A stretch of DNA of 64,000 nucleotides from Alphaproteobacteria bacterium. Its GTDB lineage: Bacteria; Pseudomonadota; Alphaproteobacteria; CBDDJK01. Made by a program: the position numbers and the translations under genes. Each line of letters opens with the position of its first letter. Positions within the stretch are counted from its first letter, which is position 1. The DNA lies in NCBI GenBank assembly GCA_965229675.1, contig OZ245897.1, positions 1,046,092-1,110,091 on the forward strand. The letters run 5' to 3'. Positions 1-9,740 of the stretch are shown here, in pieces. Under the pieces are notes generated by a model. That model was given only the letters and a program-made list of their open reading frames with translations. It was not told the DNA's origin and did not search any database.

Positions 1-1
1 A

Positions 2-235
2 TTGCTTAGCGATTTTGACGTTCAAGCTGTGAATTATGGCATAGAAGTCCATGAAGGCAATGTATATATATTGGGAATTGCCCAATCACCGCAAGAAATT
101 GACCGCTTGCTTGGACATATTCGCCAGATTGAACGTGTACGTTCCATTACGCCTCATATACAGCTAAAAACAGATAAGGCACGCTTTGATAATCTTTATG
201 CGCTTGAACAACGCCGAAAGCGGCAAGGGGAATAA
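2..235 (+). CDS. C-terminal fragment of a BON-domain (OsmY-like) protein; the 5' end lies outside the window
   Basis: The ORF runs in from the window edge. The tail ...GNVYILGIAQSPQEIDRLLGHIRQIERVRSI... fits the BON-domain pattern (G-V-L-G-V, S-e-e-a-v...GV--V). Confidence 0.35.
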   Translation: MLSDFDVQAVNYGIEVHEGNVYILGIAQSPQEIDRLLGHIRQIERVRSITPHIQLKTDKARFDNLYALEQRRKRQGE

Positions 236-243
236 GGCAAACG

Positions 244-1086
244 ATGCCTTCAACCTCCTCCCTCCTTCAAGCGGGTGATCCTGCGCCGTTCGAAACCTTA
301 TATGAGGATCAAATAAGGCAAGCTTTAACCGCTTCCAAGCCCTTATTATTATGTGATCATGCAGGGGCAGCCTTTCCAAAAGCCTTAAACCAATTAGGAT
401 TGCCTGCTGAAGCCCTTGAACGCCATATTACTTATGATATTGGTGCTGGTGGGGTCACCAAACATCTTGCAAATTATCGACAATTGCCAGCTATTTTAGG
501 AACATATTCAAGGCTAGTGGTTGATCTTAATCGTGCGCCTGATGATCCAACCTGCATGCGTGCCATTTATGATTATACACTGATCCCTAGGAATCGTGGC
601 TTAAGCATTGATGAAAAAGCAGAGCGTCAACATATGATTTTTGAACCTTATCACCAAAAAATCGCTACGACTCTTGAAGCAATGGTGACAGCAGATGACA
701 AGACAGATAACGCACCAATTATTTTATCTATTCACAGCTTTACACCGCAAATAAGAACGAAATCTAGTTTTGGAAAAGCCTCTCATTTAACAGACAGACC
801 ATGGCATATTGGAATTTTAAGTAACCATGATCGGCGATTGGCTGATCTTGCCTTAACATTTTTCAATGAGAATCACCCTGAACTTGTAATTGGTGATAAT
901 TTACCTTATTCAGGGCTGGATTTATATGATTACACCCTGTCCACGCATGTTTTTAATAAAGGCTTTCCTAACTTGCTAATTGAAATTCGTCAGGATTTAA
1001 TCAACACAGAAGCAGGACAGCAGCGTGTAGCATCATGGCTAATGCCGCTTATTGATCTTATTATGGAACAAGCCCCTTATGGATAA
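244..1086 (+). CDS. N-formylglutamate amidohydrolase family protein
   Basis: 280 aa. It carries the motifs LLLCDHAG...SRLVVDLNR...HSF typical of the FGase (PF05013) family. Confidence 0.6.
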   Translation: MPSTSSLLQAGDPAPFETLYEDQIRQALTASKPLLLCDHAGAAFPKALNQLGLPAEALERHITYDIGAGGVTKHLANYRQLPAILGTYSRLVVDLNRAPDDPTCMRAIYDYTLIPRNRGLSIDEKAERQHMIFEPYHQKIATTLEAMVTADDKTDNAPIILSIHSFTPQIRTKSSFGKASHLTDRPWHIGILSNHDRRLADLALTFFNENHPELVIGDNLPYSGLDLYDYTLSTHVFNKGFPNLLIEIRQDLINTEAGQQRVASWLMPLIDLIMEQAPYG

Positions 1087-1768
1087 CAGCCCATTTGCAT
1101 TTTATGATTTAATTGTGCTTGGTGTGCTTGGCTTTTGTGGGTTGCTAGCAGCATTTTGGGGCATTGTTGGTTTGCTTGGCACCGTGGGGGCTTGGATTGG
1201 TGCAGGATTACTGGCTTTAACCCTTTATCCGCAAACGCAAAAACTATCCCATCAATTTATAAGCCAAGGCTTAGTTGGCGATTTAGTTGCAGCCGCAGGT
1301 GGATTTGCGATCTTTTTAGCTCTTCTTATGTTAATTGGCACTTTAATTTCAAGACGGGTTCAAGCCAGCGTGTTAGGGCCAGCAAATCGTGCGCTTGGTT
1401 TTGCCGCAGGGATTGGGCTTAGTTATGGTTTTTTATCGATTGGGCTTGTGGTGGTGATGCTAAGCTTTGGTGAAGATATGTTTCCAAAACCGTGGAAAGA
1501 AAGCCGTAGCTATAGCTATCTTATAAGTTCTGGCTTTGTCTTAATTAGTCAGTTACCAGATGAAATGAAAACCAATGCATTGCTTGCGATTGAGCGTGAA
1601 CGCAAAACGGCAAGTGATGCCTATAATGCTTATCAGCTTTATAAGCGTTATGTGGCACCGCGTCCAAATAATGATCAAACCGAAGATTCCCCATCTTTTT
1701 ATGAGGATGAAGACCGTAATCTGCTTGAACAGTTGATTAATCGGGCTAATTCAGGCAATAATCCTTAA
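1079..1768 (+). CDS. cvpA: Colicin V production protein CvpA (membrane protein)
   Basis: The N-terminus FAFYDLIVLGVLGFCGLLAAFWG is hydrophobic with multiple TM segments. The gene sits immediately upstream of purF, the conserved cvpA-purF arrangement. I chose the start at the internal Met after the overlap with the upstream gene. Confidence 0.7.
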   Translation: MDNSPFAFYDLIVLGVLGFCGLLAAFWGIVGLLGTVGAWIGAGLLALTLYPQTQKLSHQFISQGLVGDLVAAAGGFAIFLALLMLIGTLISRRVQASVLGPANRALGFAAGIGLSYGFLSIGLVVVMLSFGEDMFPKPWKESRSYSYLISSGFVLISQLPDEMKTNALLAIERERKTASDAYNAYQLYKRYVAPRPNNDQTEDSPSFYEDEDRNLLEQLINRANSGNNP

Positions 1769-1803
1769 TAATTTATTTGTGGGCTAGGGTTAGGATTTAG
1801 TGC

Positions 1804-3297
1804 GTGAGTTTTGACGATAAATTTAAGGAAGAATGCGGTGTTTTCGGTATTTATAATGCCGAAAGTGCCGCGACTTATGTTGTGTTAGGGCTTCATGCCC
1901 TCCAACATCGGGGGCAGGAGGCAGTTGGTATTGTTTCTTATGATGGCAAACAATTTCATGCCCACCGTGCGATTGGTGAAGTTGATCGTACCTTTGGCGG
2001 GGATGGGGCGATTGTCAAGTCATTGTTGGGAAAATCAGCCATTGGTCATAACCGCTATGCAACCACAGGCGATTCGATGCTTCGTAATGTCCAACCTTTA
2101 TTTGCAGATTTGAGTGAAGGGGGGGTTTCCCTTGCTCATAATGGTAATTTAACCAATGCCTATGCGTTAAGAAAAAAACTGGTTCAAGAAGGACGAATTT
2201 TTCAAAGCACCAGCGATACCGAAGTTATTTTGCATTTATTGGCCGCTAATGAAGGTGAATCCGTCACGGATCGTTTAATGGGCGCACTGCGTGATGTAGA
2301 GGGGGCTTATTCATTAATCGCACTAACCCGCACAAAGATGATTGGTGTGCGTGATCCGTTTGGCTTTAGACCCCTTGTTATTGGACAGTTAAACGAGGCT
2401 TATATCCTAGCTTCTGAAACTTGTGCGCTTGATATTATGGGTGCCGAATTTGTTCGGGAAGTGGAACCGGGAGAAATGGTTGTTATCGATCCCGATGGAC
2501 TTAAATCCTTATCGCCATTCAGAATAGGAAAGCCCGATGAAAAGCAATATAAACAGCATTTTTGTATTTTTGAATTAATTTATTTTGCACGTCCTGATTC
2601 CGTTATGCAGGGGCAATCGGTTTACCATGTTCGTACCCGCATTGGTGAAGAATTAGCCGCCGAGCATCCAGTTGAAGCCGATGTGGTTGTCCCAATTCCT
2701 GATTCTGGTGTGCCAAGCGCGATTGGTTTTGCTGAAGCGGCTAATCTACCCTTTCAATATGGGATTATTCGTAACCATTATGTTGGACGAACGTTTATTG
2801 AACCTGGGGCAGAAATCCGTAATTTGGGGGTTAAATTAAAACATAATGCTAATCGCCATGTGGTTAATGGTAAGCGGGTTGTGCTGGTGGATGATTCAGT
2901 TGTGCGAGGAACAACATCAAGAAAAATTGTCGAAATGGTTCGCGCCGCAGGTGCCACAGAAGTCCATCTTAGGATTGCCAGCCCCCCCACTTCCCATAGC
3001 TGTTTTTTTGGTGTGGATACCCCAACCAGAGAAGAATTAATGGCCTACCAACATGATATTGATCAGATGGCTGAATTAATCGGGGTGAATAGTCTGGGGT
3101 TTATTTCGTTGGATGGGTTGTATCGTGCAGCGGGTAAGGCACAAGGAAGATCAGACCATAGCCACCAACGCGGCTTTTGTGATGCTTGCTTTAGCGGTGA
3201 TTATCCTATTCAGCTTCATGATCATCAACAAGAACAACGTGGCGAAAATCAACGCCAGCTTTCTCTACTTCTTGAGCAAGGGCATTATAGTCGATAA
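1804..3297 (+). CDS. purF: Amidophosphoribosyltransferase (glutamine-PRPP amidotransferase)
   Basis: A short propeptide is followed by the catalytic Cys in CGVFGIY. Ntn-amidotransferase and PRTase motifs are present (VLVDDSVVRGTTS), and the C-terminal Cys are consistent with an Fe-S type PurF. Confidence 0.9.
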   Translation: MSFDDKFKEECGVFGIYNAESAATYVVLGLHALQHRGQEAVGIVSYDGKQFHAHRAIGEVDRTFGGDGAIVKSLLGKSAIGHNRYATTGDSMLRNVQPLFADLSEGGVSLAHNGNLTNAYALRKKLVQEGRIFQSTSDTEVILHLLAANEGESVTDRLMGALRDVEGAYSLIALTRTKMIGVRDPFGFRPLVIGQLNEAYILASETCALDIMGAEFVREVEPGEMVVIDPDGLKSLSPFRIGKPDEKQYKQHFCIFELIYFARPDSVMQGQSVYHVRTRIGEELAAEHPVEADVVVPIPDSGVPSAIGFAEAANLPFQYGIIRNHYVGRTFIEPGAEIRNLGVKLKHNANRHVVNGKRVVLVDDSVVRGTTSRKIVEMVRAAGATEVHLRIASPPTSHSCFFGVDTPTREELMAYQHDIDQMAELIGVNSLGFISLDGLYRAAGKAQGRSDHSHQRGFCDACFSGDYPIQLHDHQQEQRGENQRQLSLLLEQGHYSR

Positions 3298-4016
3298 TGG
3301 TACCGTCTTCCATTTCTGATGATACATTTTTTAAAGATAGGTTAGCCTTAATTACAGGGGCTAGCAGGGGATTAGGCCGCGCACTTTCAATTGCATTAGC
3401 TGCTAAGGGAGCTAAATTAGTGCTGGTTGCAAAAACAACGGGCGGTTTGGAAGAAACGGATGATTTAATTCGTGCGGCGCAGGCAGAACATGGCTTGCCA
3501 GAGATCGGTGCAACATTAGTCCCCCTTGATCTTAGCGAAGGGGATCATATTGATGGCTTGGCGGCTAATCTTTATCAACGCTTTGAACGATTGGATATAT
3601 TAATCGCCAATGCTGCGATTTTAGGTAATCTTACGCCTTTATCCCATGTCGAACCAGACCGCTTTAACCAAGTCATTCAGATCAATTTAGCCGCAAATTA
3701 TCGCCTTATTCGGGCTATGGAACCATTATTGCGTCAAAGTAAAATCGGTGCGCGTGCCTTATTTATTGGCTGTGCGCAACAGGAAATTGATAAGGCTTAT
3801 TGGGGGGCTTATGCGGCAAGCAAGGCTGGGCTGCAAGCTATGGTTTCTTGTTGGGGGCAAGAGGTTGCGCATGCAAATATTAAAGCCCATTACCTGCCGT
3901 TAGGGGCAATGGCAACAAATATGCGTCTTAACGCCTTTCCTGGTCGTCCGATGGAATCATGGCCGTCACCAATGGACGAAGCCGTACCAAAATGCTTAGC
4001 ATGGCTTAGCCATTAA
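3297..4016 (+). CDS. Short-chain dehydrogenase/reductase (SDR) family oxidoreductase
   Basis: Glycine-rich NAD(P)-binding motif TGASRGLGRA near the N-terminus, and a YxxxK-like region YAASKAG. Confidence 0.7.
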   Translation: MVPSSISDDTFFKDRLALITGASRGLGRALSIALAAKGAKLVLVAKTTGGLEETDDLIRAAQAEHGLPEIGATLVPLDLSEGDHIDGLAANLYQRFERLDILIANAAILGNLTPLSHVEPDRFNQVIQINLAANYRLIRAMEPLLRQSKIGARALFIGCAQQEIDKAYWGAYAASKAGLQAMVSCWGQEVAHANIKAHYLPLGAMATNMRLNAFPGRPMESWPSPMDEAVPKCLAWLSH

Positions 4017-4023
4017 TACTGCT

Positions 4024-4641
4024 ATGGATTATGTAAAGCGCAATGTGCGGCTGGTTAGCCAAGATCAAATGGCAACAAATCTGCTTTTAGAATGTTTTGA
4101 AACCCCTGAACTTGCTACCATGTTTCATTTTAGCCATTTTGATTCTGAACCTTCATCAAAACAAGGTGAATTTATTGATTTATGGCTAAAAATAGACGGC
4201 CAAACAATAATGATTAGCGATCAATCTCCAGAAAATCCACAAGAACAAAACTTACATAATGCAAATCTACCCATCCGTTTATGTGACTTATTACAGGCAA
4301 TGGAAAAGACCTTAAAATTCGCAGAAGCCCCCTTTGATCAAAGCTTTTATATGGGTTCAACCCTATGCAATCCACGCACACGAACGCTAAGCTTTAAAGA
4401 AAAAACAGAAAAAACCACCGATAAAGAAATGTTAATTTTGCAACATTTATGGCGATTAAACGGTGATTTTGCAGAACGCCAAGATTTATTGCGGCGTATA
4501 TGGGGGTATGATGAAGCAATTGATACGCACACGCTGGAGACCCATATTTATCGAATACGCCAAAAATTAACGAATCTCAGCCAAGATCACCACCCGATTA
4601 TTGCTGGTACTGGTGGTTATGGGTTAAGTAGGCAGTCGTGA
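4024..4641 (+). CDS. OmpR/PhoB-type winged-helix transcriptional regulator with a degenerate (non-canonical) N-terminal receiver
   Basis: The C-terminal 90 aa match trans_reg_C (KEMLILQHLWRLNGDFAERQDLLRRIWGYDEAIDTHTLETHIYRIRQKL). The N-terminal ~120 aa lack the acidic pocket and phospho-acceptor Asp pattern. Confidence 0.55.
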   Translation: MDYVKRNVRLVSQDQMATNLLLECFETPELATMFHFSHFDSEPSSKQGEFIDLWLKIDGQTIMISDQSPENPQEQNLHNANLPIRLCDLLQAMEKTLKFAEAPFDQSFYMGSTLCNPRTRTLSFKEKTEKTTDKEMLILQHLWRLNGDFAERQDLLRRIWGYDEAIDTHTLETHIYRIRQKLTNLSQDHHPIIAGTGGYGLSRQS

Positions 4642-4645
4642 TTGA

Positions 4646-5146
4646 CTATTCTTCTTTCAATTTTTTTACCCGCTTCATGATCATATCACGGCGCAAACGG
4701 CTTAGATGATCAACAAAGGTGATCCCATCCAGATGATCAATTTCATGTTGGACGCAAACCGCAAGTAATCCATCTGTTTCAAGCGATTGTGCTTTTCCTA
4801 CTTCATCAAGATAATCAACGCGCACCTTATCAGGTCTTGTGATTGGGGCATATTCATTTGGAAAGGATAGGCAACCTTCATTGTAACTTTTTGTTTCTTC
4901 CGATGAAAAAACAATTTTTGGATTAACCATGCAGATTGGATTGGATTCACTATCTTCTTCAACCACGTCCATGACTAACATCCGTTTGGATAGGTTGACT
5001 TGCGGGGCGGCAAGCCCAATGCCCCCCGCTTTATACATTGCATCTAGCATTTGTTGAAGAAAATCTTGTTCCCATTGGGTGATTTCTTCGACTGGATCGG
5101 CTTTCTTTTTTAAAACAGGGTGGGGAGCAATAATAATTTCTAACAT
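4646..5146 (-). CDS. def: Peptide deformylase
   Basis: GIGLAAPQV, EGCLS and HEIDHLDG, the three PDF signature motifs, are present. 166 aa. Confidence 0.9.
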   Translation of the reverse strand: MLEIIIAPHPVLKKKADPVEEITQWEQDFLQQMLDAMYKAGGIGLAAPQVNLSKRMLVMDVVEEDSESNPICMVNPKIVFSSEETKSYNEGCLSFPNEYAPITRPDKVRVDYLDEVGKAQSLETDGLLAVCVQHEIDHLDGITFVDHLSRLRRDMIMKRVKKLKEE

Positions 5147-5152
5147 GGTATT

Positions 5153-6322
5153 TTAGGCTTCATTAAAAAAATCAATAATGAATTGATGATAGATTTGGGT
5201 TAGGGTTTCAAGCTCTTCAAGCGTGCTTTCTTCATTTATTTTATGAATAGAACGGCTGACCAGCCCATAATCAACCACAGGACAATAATCTTTAATAAAT
5301 CTGGAATCGGAAGTCCCGCCCGTTGTGCTAAAAATTGGTATATTTCCCGTGATTTTTTGACAGGCATTGGCAAGCGTTTCAGATAATTCCCCTTGCTCTG
5401 TTAAAAACGACTCGCCTGATAAATGACATTCCAGCAAGAATAAATCTTCTGATTCAACTTTACTAAGATGGGAACGAATCTGCTGTTCCAATGACGCACC
5501 TGTATGGAGGTTATTAAACCGAATATTGAAATAGGCGATAGCCTTATTGGGGACAATATTTCGCCCTTCATTGCCAACATCAATGGAGGAAATCGCAAGG
5601 GTGGAAGGTTCAAAAGCAGCATTACCTTGGTCAAGTTCCAAATTAATTAACGCCTGACAAAGGCGGGTAATGCGATGGGCGGCATTATCAGCCAAAGCTG
5701 GATAGCCCGTATGACCTTGCGTTCCAAATGCAGTGAGTTTTCCATGAAACGATCCACGACGGCCAATTTTAATCATCTCCCCACTATGGTTTGGATTGGT
5801 TGGCTCACCCGTAACGCAAGCATCCCAACGTTCCCCCCGTGCGGCTAGTTTTTGTAATAGCGGGTTCATCCCGTATTTAGCTGGTCCTTCTTCATCGCCT
5901 GTAATTAACAATGCAAGCTTACCAATATCATCAGACTGTTCTGTTTCATTCAGCCGTGCAATCGCTGCAATAAAAGCGGCAATCGCGCCTTTCATATCAG
6001 CCACGCCTCGCCCATAAAGCCTACCCTCATGTTCAACCGCTTCAAAAGGGTTATGCGTCCAGCCCTCTAAATCTCCAGCAGATACAACATCCGAATGCCC
6101 TGCAAAGCACAATATTTTATTTGCTTCGCTACTTTGACGATAGGCATACAGATTATCAACCATTGCCTCGCCTTCTCCAAAGGGGTGATGTTCAACTGTA
6201 AAGCCAAGCTGTTTTAGCCAATGTTCAATTTGCGCTAAGCCAATGCCTTGGTCAGGGGTAACGGTTGGAATTGCCACCAACGCTTTCGTTAGGGCAATTG
6301 GATCTGTTAAGGGTGCGTTCAT
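5153..6322 (-). CDS. dapE: M20-family amidohydrolase, probably succinyl-diaminopimelate desuccinylase
   Basis: 389 aa. M20 metal-binding motifs HSDVV and GDEEG are present, with the dimerisation domain. Assignment as DapE rather than ArgE rests on family resemblance only. Confidence 0.7.
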   Translation of the reverse strand: MNAPLTDPIALTKALVAIPTVTPDQGIGLAQIEHWLKQLGFTVEHHPFGEGEAMVDNLYAYRQSSEANKILCFAGHSDVVSAGDLEGWTHNPFEAVEHEGRLYGRGVADMKGAIAAFIAAIARLNETEQSDDIGKLALLITGDEEGPAKYGMNPLLQKLAARGERWDACVTGEPTNPNHSGEMIKIGRRGSFHGKLTAFGTQGHTGYPALADNAAHRITRLCQALINLELDQGNAAFEPSTLAISSIDVGNEGRNIVPNKAIAYFNIRFNNLHTGASLEQQIRSHLSKVESEDLFLLECHLSGESFLTEQGELSETLANACQKITGNIPIFSTTGGTSDSRFIKDYCPVVDYGLVSRSIHKINEESTLEELETLTQIYHQFIIDFFNEA

Positions 6323-7932
6323 AAATCAGCAAAAAAATCATTACCCTTATCATCAACAATGATAAAGGCAGGAAAATTTTCAACTTCTATACGCCAGATC
6401 GCTTCCATTCCAAGTTCAGGATAATCAATACAAGTAACCTCTTTGATGCAATCTTGGGCTAATCTTGCCGCGGGGCCTCCTATCGAACCAAGGTAAAACC
6501 CACCATGGGTTTGGCAGGCTTTGGTTACCTGTTTTGAACGATTACCTTTTGCAAGCATAATCATTGATGCACCTTCAGCTTGGAATTGGTTAACAAAGGA
6601 ATCCATACGCCCTGCCGTTGTTGGGCCAAACGAACCCGAAGCATAGCCTTCTGGTTTTTTGGCAGGGCCTGCATAATAAATTGGGTGCTGTTTAAAATAA
6701 TCTGGTATGCCTTCACCATTTTCCAGCCGTTCACGTATTTTACGATGCGCTGAATCGCGTGCGACAATGATCGTTCCGCTAAGGCTTAAGCGGGTTTTGA
6801 CGGGATATTGCGTAAGCTGTTGTAGCACTTCTGCCATTGGCCGATTAAGATCAACGGATACCACTTGAGTAGAAAATTGTGATTCATCAATCACAGGCAT
6901 GAAACGCGCTGGATCTTCTTCCAACTGTTCAAGAAAAACTCCGTCTTTGGTAATTTTTCCCAAAGCCTGCCGATCAGCTGAACAAGATACGCCAAGCCCA
7001 ATCGGCAAGCTTGCGCCATGCCGTGGCAGGCGAATAACCCGCACATCGTGACAAAAATATTTACCGCCAAATTGTGCGCCAATTCCCATAGCTTGGGTTA
7101 ATTTAAGAACGGCCTGTTCCATCGCCTTATCACGAAAAGCCAAGCCTTGATCGCCGCCATGATCAGGTAAATCATCCAAATAGCGGCAGGATGCCAGCTT
7201 AACCGTTTTCATCACTAATTCGGCTGAGGTGCCACCAATGACAATTGCCAGATGATAAGGCGGGCAGGCGGCGGTGCCTAGGGTACGGATTTTCTCATCA
7301 AGAAACGCCATCATGCGTTGCTGTTCCAATAACGCAGGGGTTGCCTGATAAAGGAATGATTTATTCGCACTCCCTCCGCCTTTTGCAATGAATAGGAATT
7401 TATAAATATCTTCTTCAATCCCATCACCGCCAACGCTACCAATATCAATTTGGGCGGGTAGGTTCGTTTTTGTATTGACTTCTTGAAACATTGATAGCGG
7501 GCTAACTTGTGAATAACGCAAATTACACTCATTATAAGCAGCTTCAATTCCTGCGGCTAATGCGGTTTCATCAGATATGCCATCAGTTATAATGCGCCGC
7601 CCACGCTTTGCGTTGATAATGGCTGTTCCCGTATCTTGACACATGGGCAAAACACCGCCCGCCGCGATATTTGCATTTTTTAATAAATCATAAGCAACAA
7701 AACGATCATTATCGGAAGCTTCTTCATCCTCAAGAATAGCGCGTAACTGTTCAAGATGGCCACTTCTTAGATAAAAATTAATATCGATAAAGGCTTGACG
7801 TGCAAGCATTTCAAGGGCGGAAGCATCGATTTTAAGATAATTCATCCCATCCAATGTTTTGGATAAAATACCTTCTTGGCTTAGGCAACGATATTGCGGG
7901 GCATGATTCCCAGAATGCTGAAAAATAGACAT
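6319..7932 (-). CDS. fumA: Class I (Fe-S) fumarate hydratase
   Basis: 537 aa single-chain FumA/FumB type. Conserved Cys ([14 protein letters not shown]...) are present across the fused alpha and beta catalytic regions. Confidence 0.85.
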   Translation of the reverse strand: MSIFQHSGNHAPQYRCLSQEGILSKTLDGMNYLKIDASALEMLARQAFIDINFYLRSGHLEQLRAILEDEEASDNDRFVAYDLLKNANIAAGGVLPMCQDTGTAIINAKRGRRIITDGISDETALAAGIEAAYNECNLRYSQVSPLSMFQEVNTKTNLPAQIDIGSVGGDGIEEDIYKFLFIAKGGGSANKSFLYQATPALLEQQRMMAFLDEKIRTLGTAACPPYHLAIVIGGTSAELVMKTVKLASCRYLDDLPDHGGDQGLAFRDKAMEQAVLKLTQAMGIGAQFGGKYFCHDVRVIRLPRHGASLPIGLGVSCSADRQALGKITKDGVFLEQLEEDPARFMPVIDESQFSTQVVSVDLNRPMAEVLQQLTQYPVKTRLSLSGTIIVARDSAHRKIRERLENGEGIPDYFKQHPIYYAGPAKKPEGYASGSFGPTTAGRMDSFVNQFQAEGASMIMLAKGNRSKQVTKACQTHGGFYLGSIGGPAARLAQDCIKEVTCIDYPELGMEAIWRIEVENFPAFIIVDDKGNDFFADL

Positions 7933-7941
7933 AATAATCCT

Positions 7942-8346
7942 TTAATATTCACGCATTTTTAAAAATTGAGGTGCACCATCATCAAGCGCGTAATAACCGC
8001 CCTTATCTGCGGTAAAAATATGGCGTGTAATCGGCGTTTCAACGGGTTGATCCAATAATCCAGCCATTAAGGTAAGCCTATCGCTGTTATCCGCCTTATA
8101 AAATAATTGGCTACCGCAAAATTTACAAAACGCACGCTGTGCAAAATCAGAAGAACGGTACCAAGTCACCCCCGTCTCTTTCGTAAAGTTTAAATTATCA
8201 ACATTCACGGTCGTTCCAACAAGAAAATGCCCCGTGGTTTTACGGCACATGGTACAGTGACAGGCATGCACCCCATCTAATTCTTGGTTGATTTCAAAAT
8301 GAACTTCCCCGCAAAGACAAGACCCTGTTTGTGCGTGATTTGACAT
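7942..8346 (-). CDS. GFA-family (glutathione-dependent formaldehyde-activating / CENP-V-like) zinc protein
   Basis: 134 aa with the Cys pattern CLCG...CHCTMCRK...C characteristic of the GFA domain. Confidence 0.7.
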   Translation of the reverse strand: MSNHAQTGSCLCGEVHFEINQELDGVHACHCTMCRKTTGHFLVGTTVNVDNLNFTKETGVTWYRSSDFAQRAFCKFCGSQLFYKADNSDRLTLMAGLLDQPVETPITRHIFTADKGGYYALDDGAPQFLKMREY

Positions 8347-8418
8347 TAGTATTCTCCTAAACCAATCAATCTATCTTAAGAGATACTTGATTTTTGTCAA
8401 TAGAGAAGAAAAAGGAAG

Positions 8419-8494
8419 TGGTGCCCAAGGGCGGGTTCGAACCACCGACACAGCGATTTTCAGTCGCTTGCTCTACCGACTGAGCTACTTGGGC
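8419..8494 (-). tRNA. tRNA-Phe (anticodon GAA)
   Basis: The reverse complement reads GCCCAAGTAGCTCAGTCGGTAGAGCAAGCGACTGAAAATCGCTGTGTCGGTGGTTCGAACCCGCCCTTGGGCACCA. It folds as a cloverleaf with GTTCGAA in the T-loop, anticodon-loop CTGAAAA, and an encoded CCA. Confidence 0.9.
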
Positions 8495-8564
8495 GCGATG
8501 CATTGTTTAAGAGATATTCAATGAGGATGCAAGACAAAAGATAAAAAACACAACGTTAGAACAT

Positions 8565-9740
8565 TTAATCTGTGTTGCGTAATAAAAATTCACGGCCTGT
8601 TTTAACCCTTGGTTGCCCATCATAATCAACAATATCGGCGGTGGCGTAGGTCTCACTCCATCTTGAAGGCAAGAACGAACCCGTGCCAATCACATCGATT
8701 GGGGCATTAGCAAGTGCCATAATTTTACATTTTTCAGGATTAAAACCAGAAGAACACACGATTTTTACTTGTGAAAGCCCAGCTTGGTCAAGGGATTCAC
8801 GCATATGCCATACGGCAGCAGCAGATACGCCCGCACCAATTAAATGCTGTAATTCGCTTTCATTACGAAACCCACGAATGGCGCGTGGTGCGTTACGATC
8901 AAGCACTTCATAGGAAGCGGCGGGGTCTAACCCCTCGCAAAAGCGACTGCCTTGTGTGTCCAGCCGTACTGATAATCTTTGTTCAGCCGCCAAGGTCTTA
9001 AACGCCGAACATACTTCCAACGCATCGGTAATTTCTTGACCAAAATAATCAACAAGAACAGTTAAAGGTTGATCAGGATGGGTTTTATGAAAAAGCTTAG
9101 CAGCCTCAAGCGTTGAACCCGCATAGCCAATCAGTGCGTGGGGCATGGTACCAAACCCTGCTTCATTGTCAAAATAATGGGCGGTGGCATCGGTTGCATT
9201 GCCGATAAATCCCTTAAGCGGTTCACCATGACGGTTTTGATATTCCGCTTTGGCATGGGCTGAACCAACAGAAGCGGCATAGGCCATGGCCTCCGCCATC
9301 TCAAGGCCAGAACAATGGCGGGCATCCATTGCCAAAAACCCCGTATTGGGTAAATCCAAACACATGCTACTGGCATTATAAGCAGCGACACAAGCAGGCC
9401 CTAATTTTTGTAACATCAAAGTTTCAAGATCAACCAGATGGTAAAAAGAACCCGTAATATAAACAAGCGGTTCACCTGCACCGACCCATTCGCCTTCCTG
9501 CTTCATTAAATCAATTTTAAGGGGAATGTTACGGTTTTTAGCGATTTGCTCCAACCAATCAATCATCAGGCGTGGCGCACAGATCACAGGGCGGCGCATG
9601 AAGCAAGCATAGGTAACTTGCTTATCCCCATGCTGCTTGATAATTTCTTTCGTTCGTTGAAAATAGCTATCTGTCCAGCGGCTTATTTCTTGATCATTCG
9701 CTGGCACATGCAATTTGTGCGAAGATAGGTTTGAAGTCAT
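8565..9740 (-). CDS. Nicotinate phosphoribosyltransferase-family protein
   Basis: 391 aa. NAPRTase-like core (GTMPHALIGYAG...LVDYFG). The exact substrate (nicotinate versus nicotinamide) cannot be read from the sequence. Confidence 0.55.
   Translation of the reverse strand: MTSNLSSHKLHVPANDQEISRWTDSYFQRTKEIIKQHGDKQVTYACFMRRPVICAPRLMIDWLEQIAKNRNIPLKIDLMKQEGEWVGAGEPLVYITGSFYHLVDLETLMLQKLGPACVAAYNASSMCLDLPNTGFLAMDARHCSGLEMAEAMAYAASVGSAHAKAEYQNRHGEPLKGFIGNATDATAHYFDNEAGFGTMPHALIGYAGSTLEAAKLFHKTHPDQPLTVLVDYFGQEITDALEVCSAFKTLAAEQRLSVRLDTQGSRFCEGLDPAASYEVLDRNAPRAIRGFRNESELQHLIGAGVSAAAVWHMRESLDQAGLSQVKIVCSSGFNPEKCKIMALANAPIDVIGTGSFLPSRWSETYATADIVDYDGQPRVKTGREFLLRNTD

Noticed and set aside
1135-1422. 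95-aa Trp/Cys-rich ORF overlapping cvpA in another frame
   Set aside because: It is entirely inside the well-supported CvpA membrane-protein ORF, and its composition is typical of an off-frame translation.
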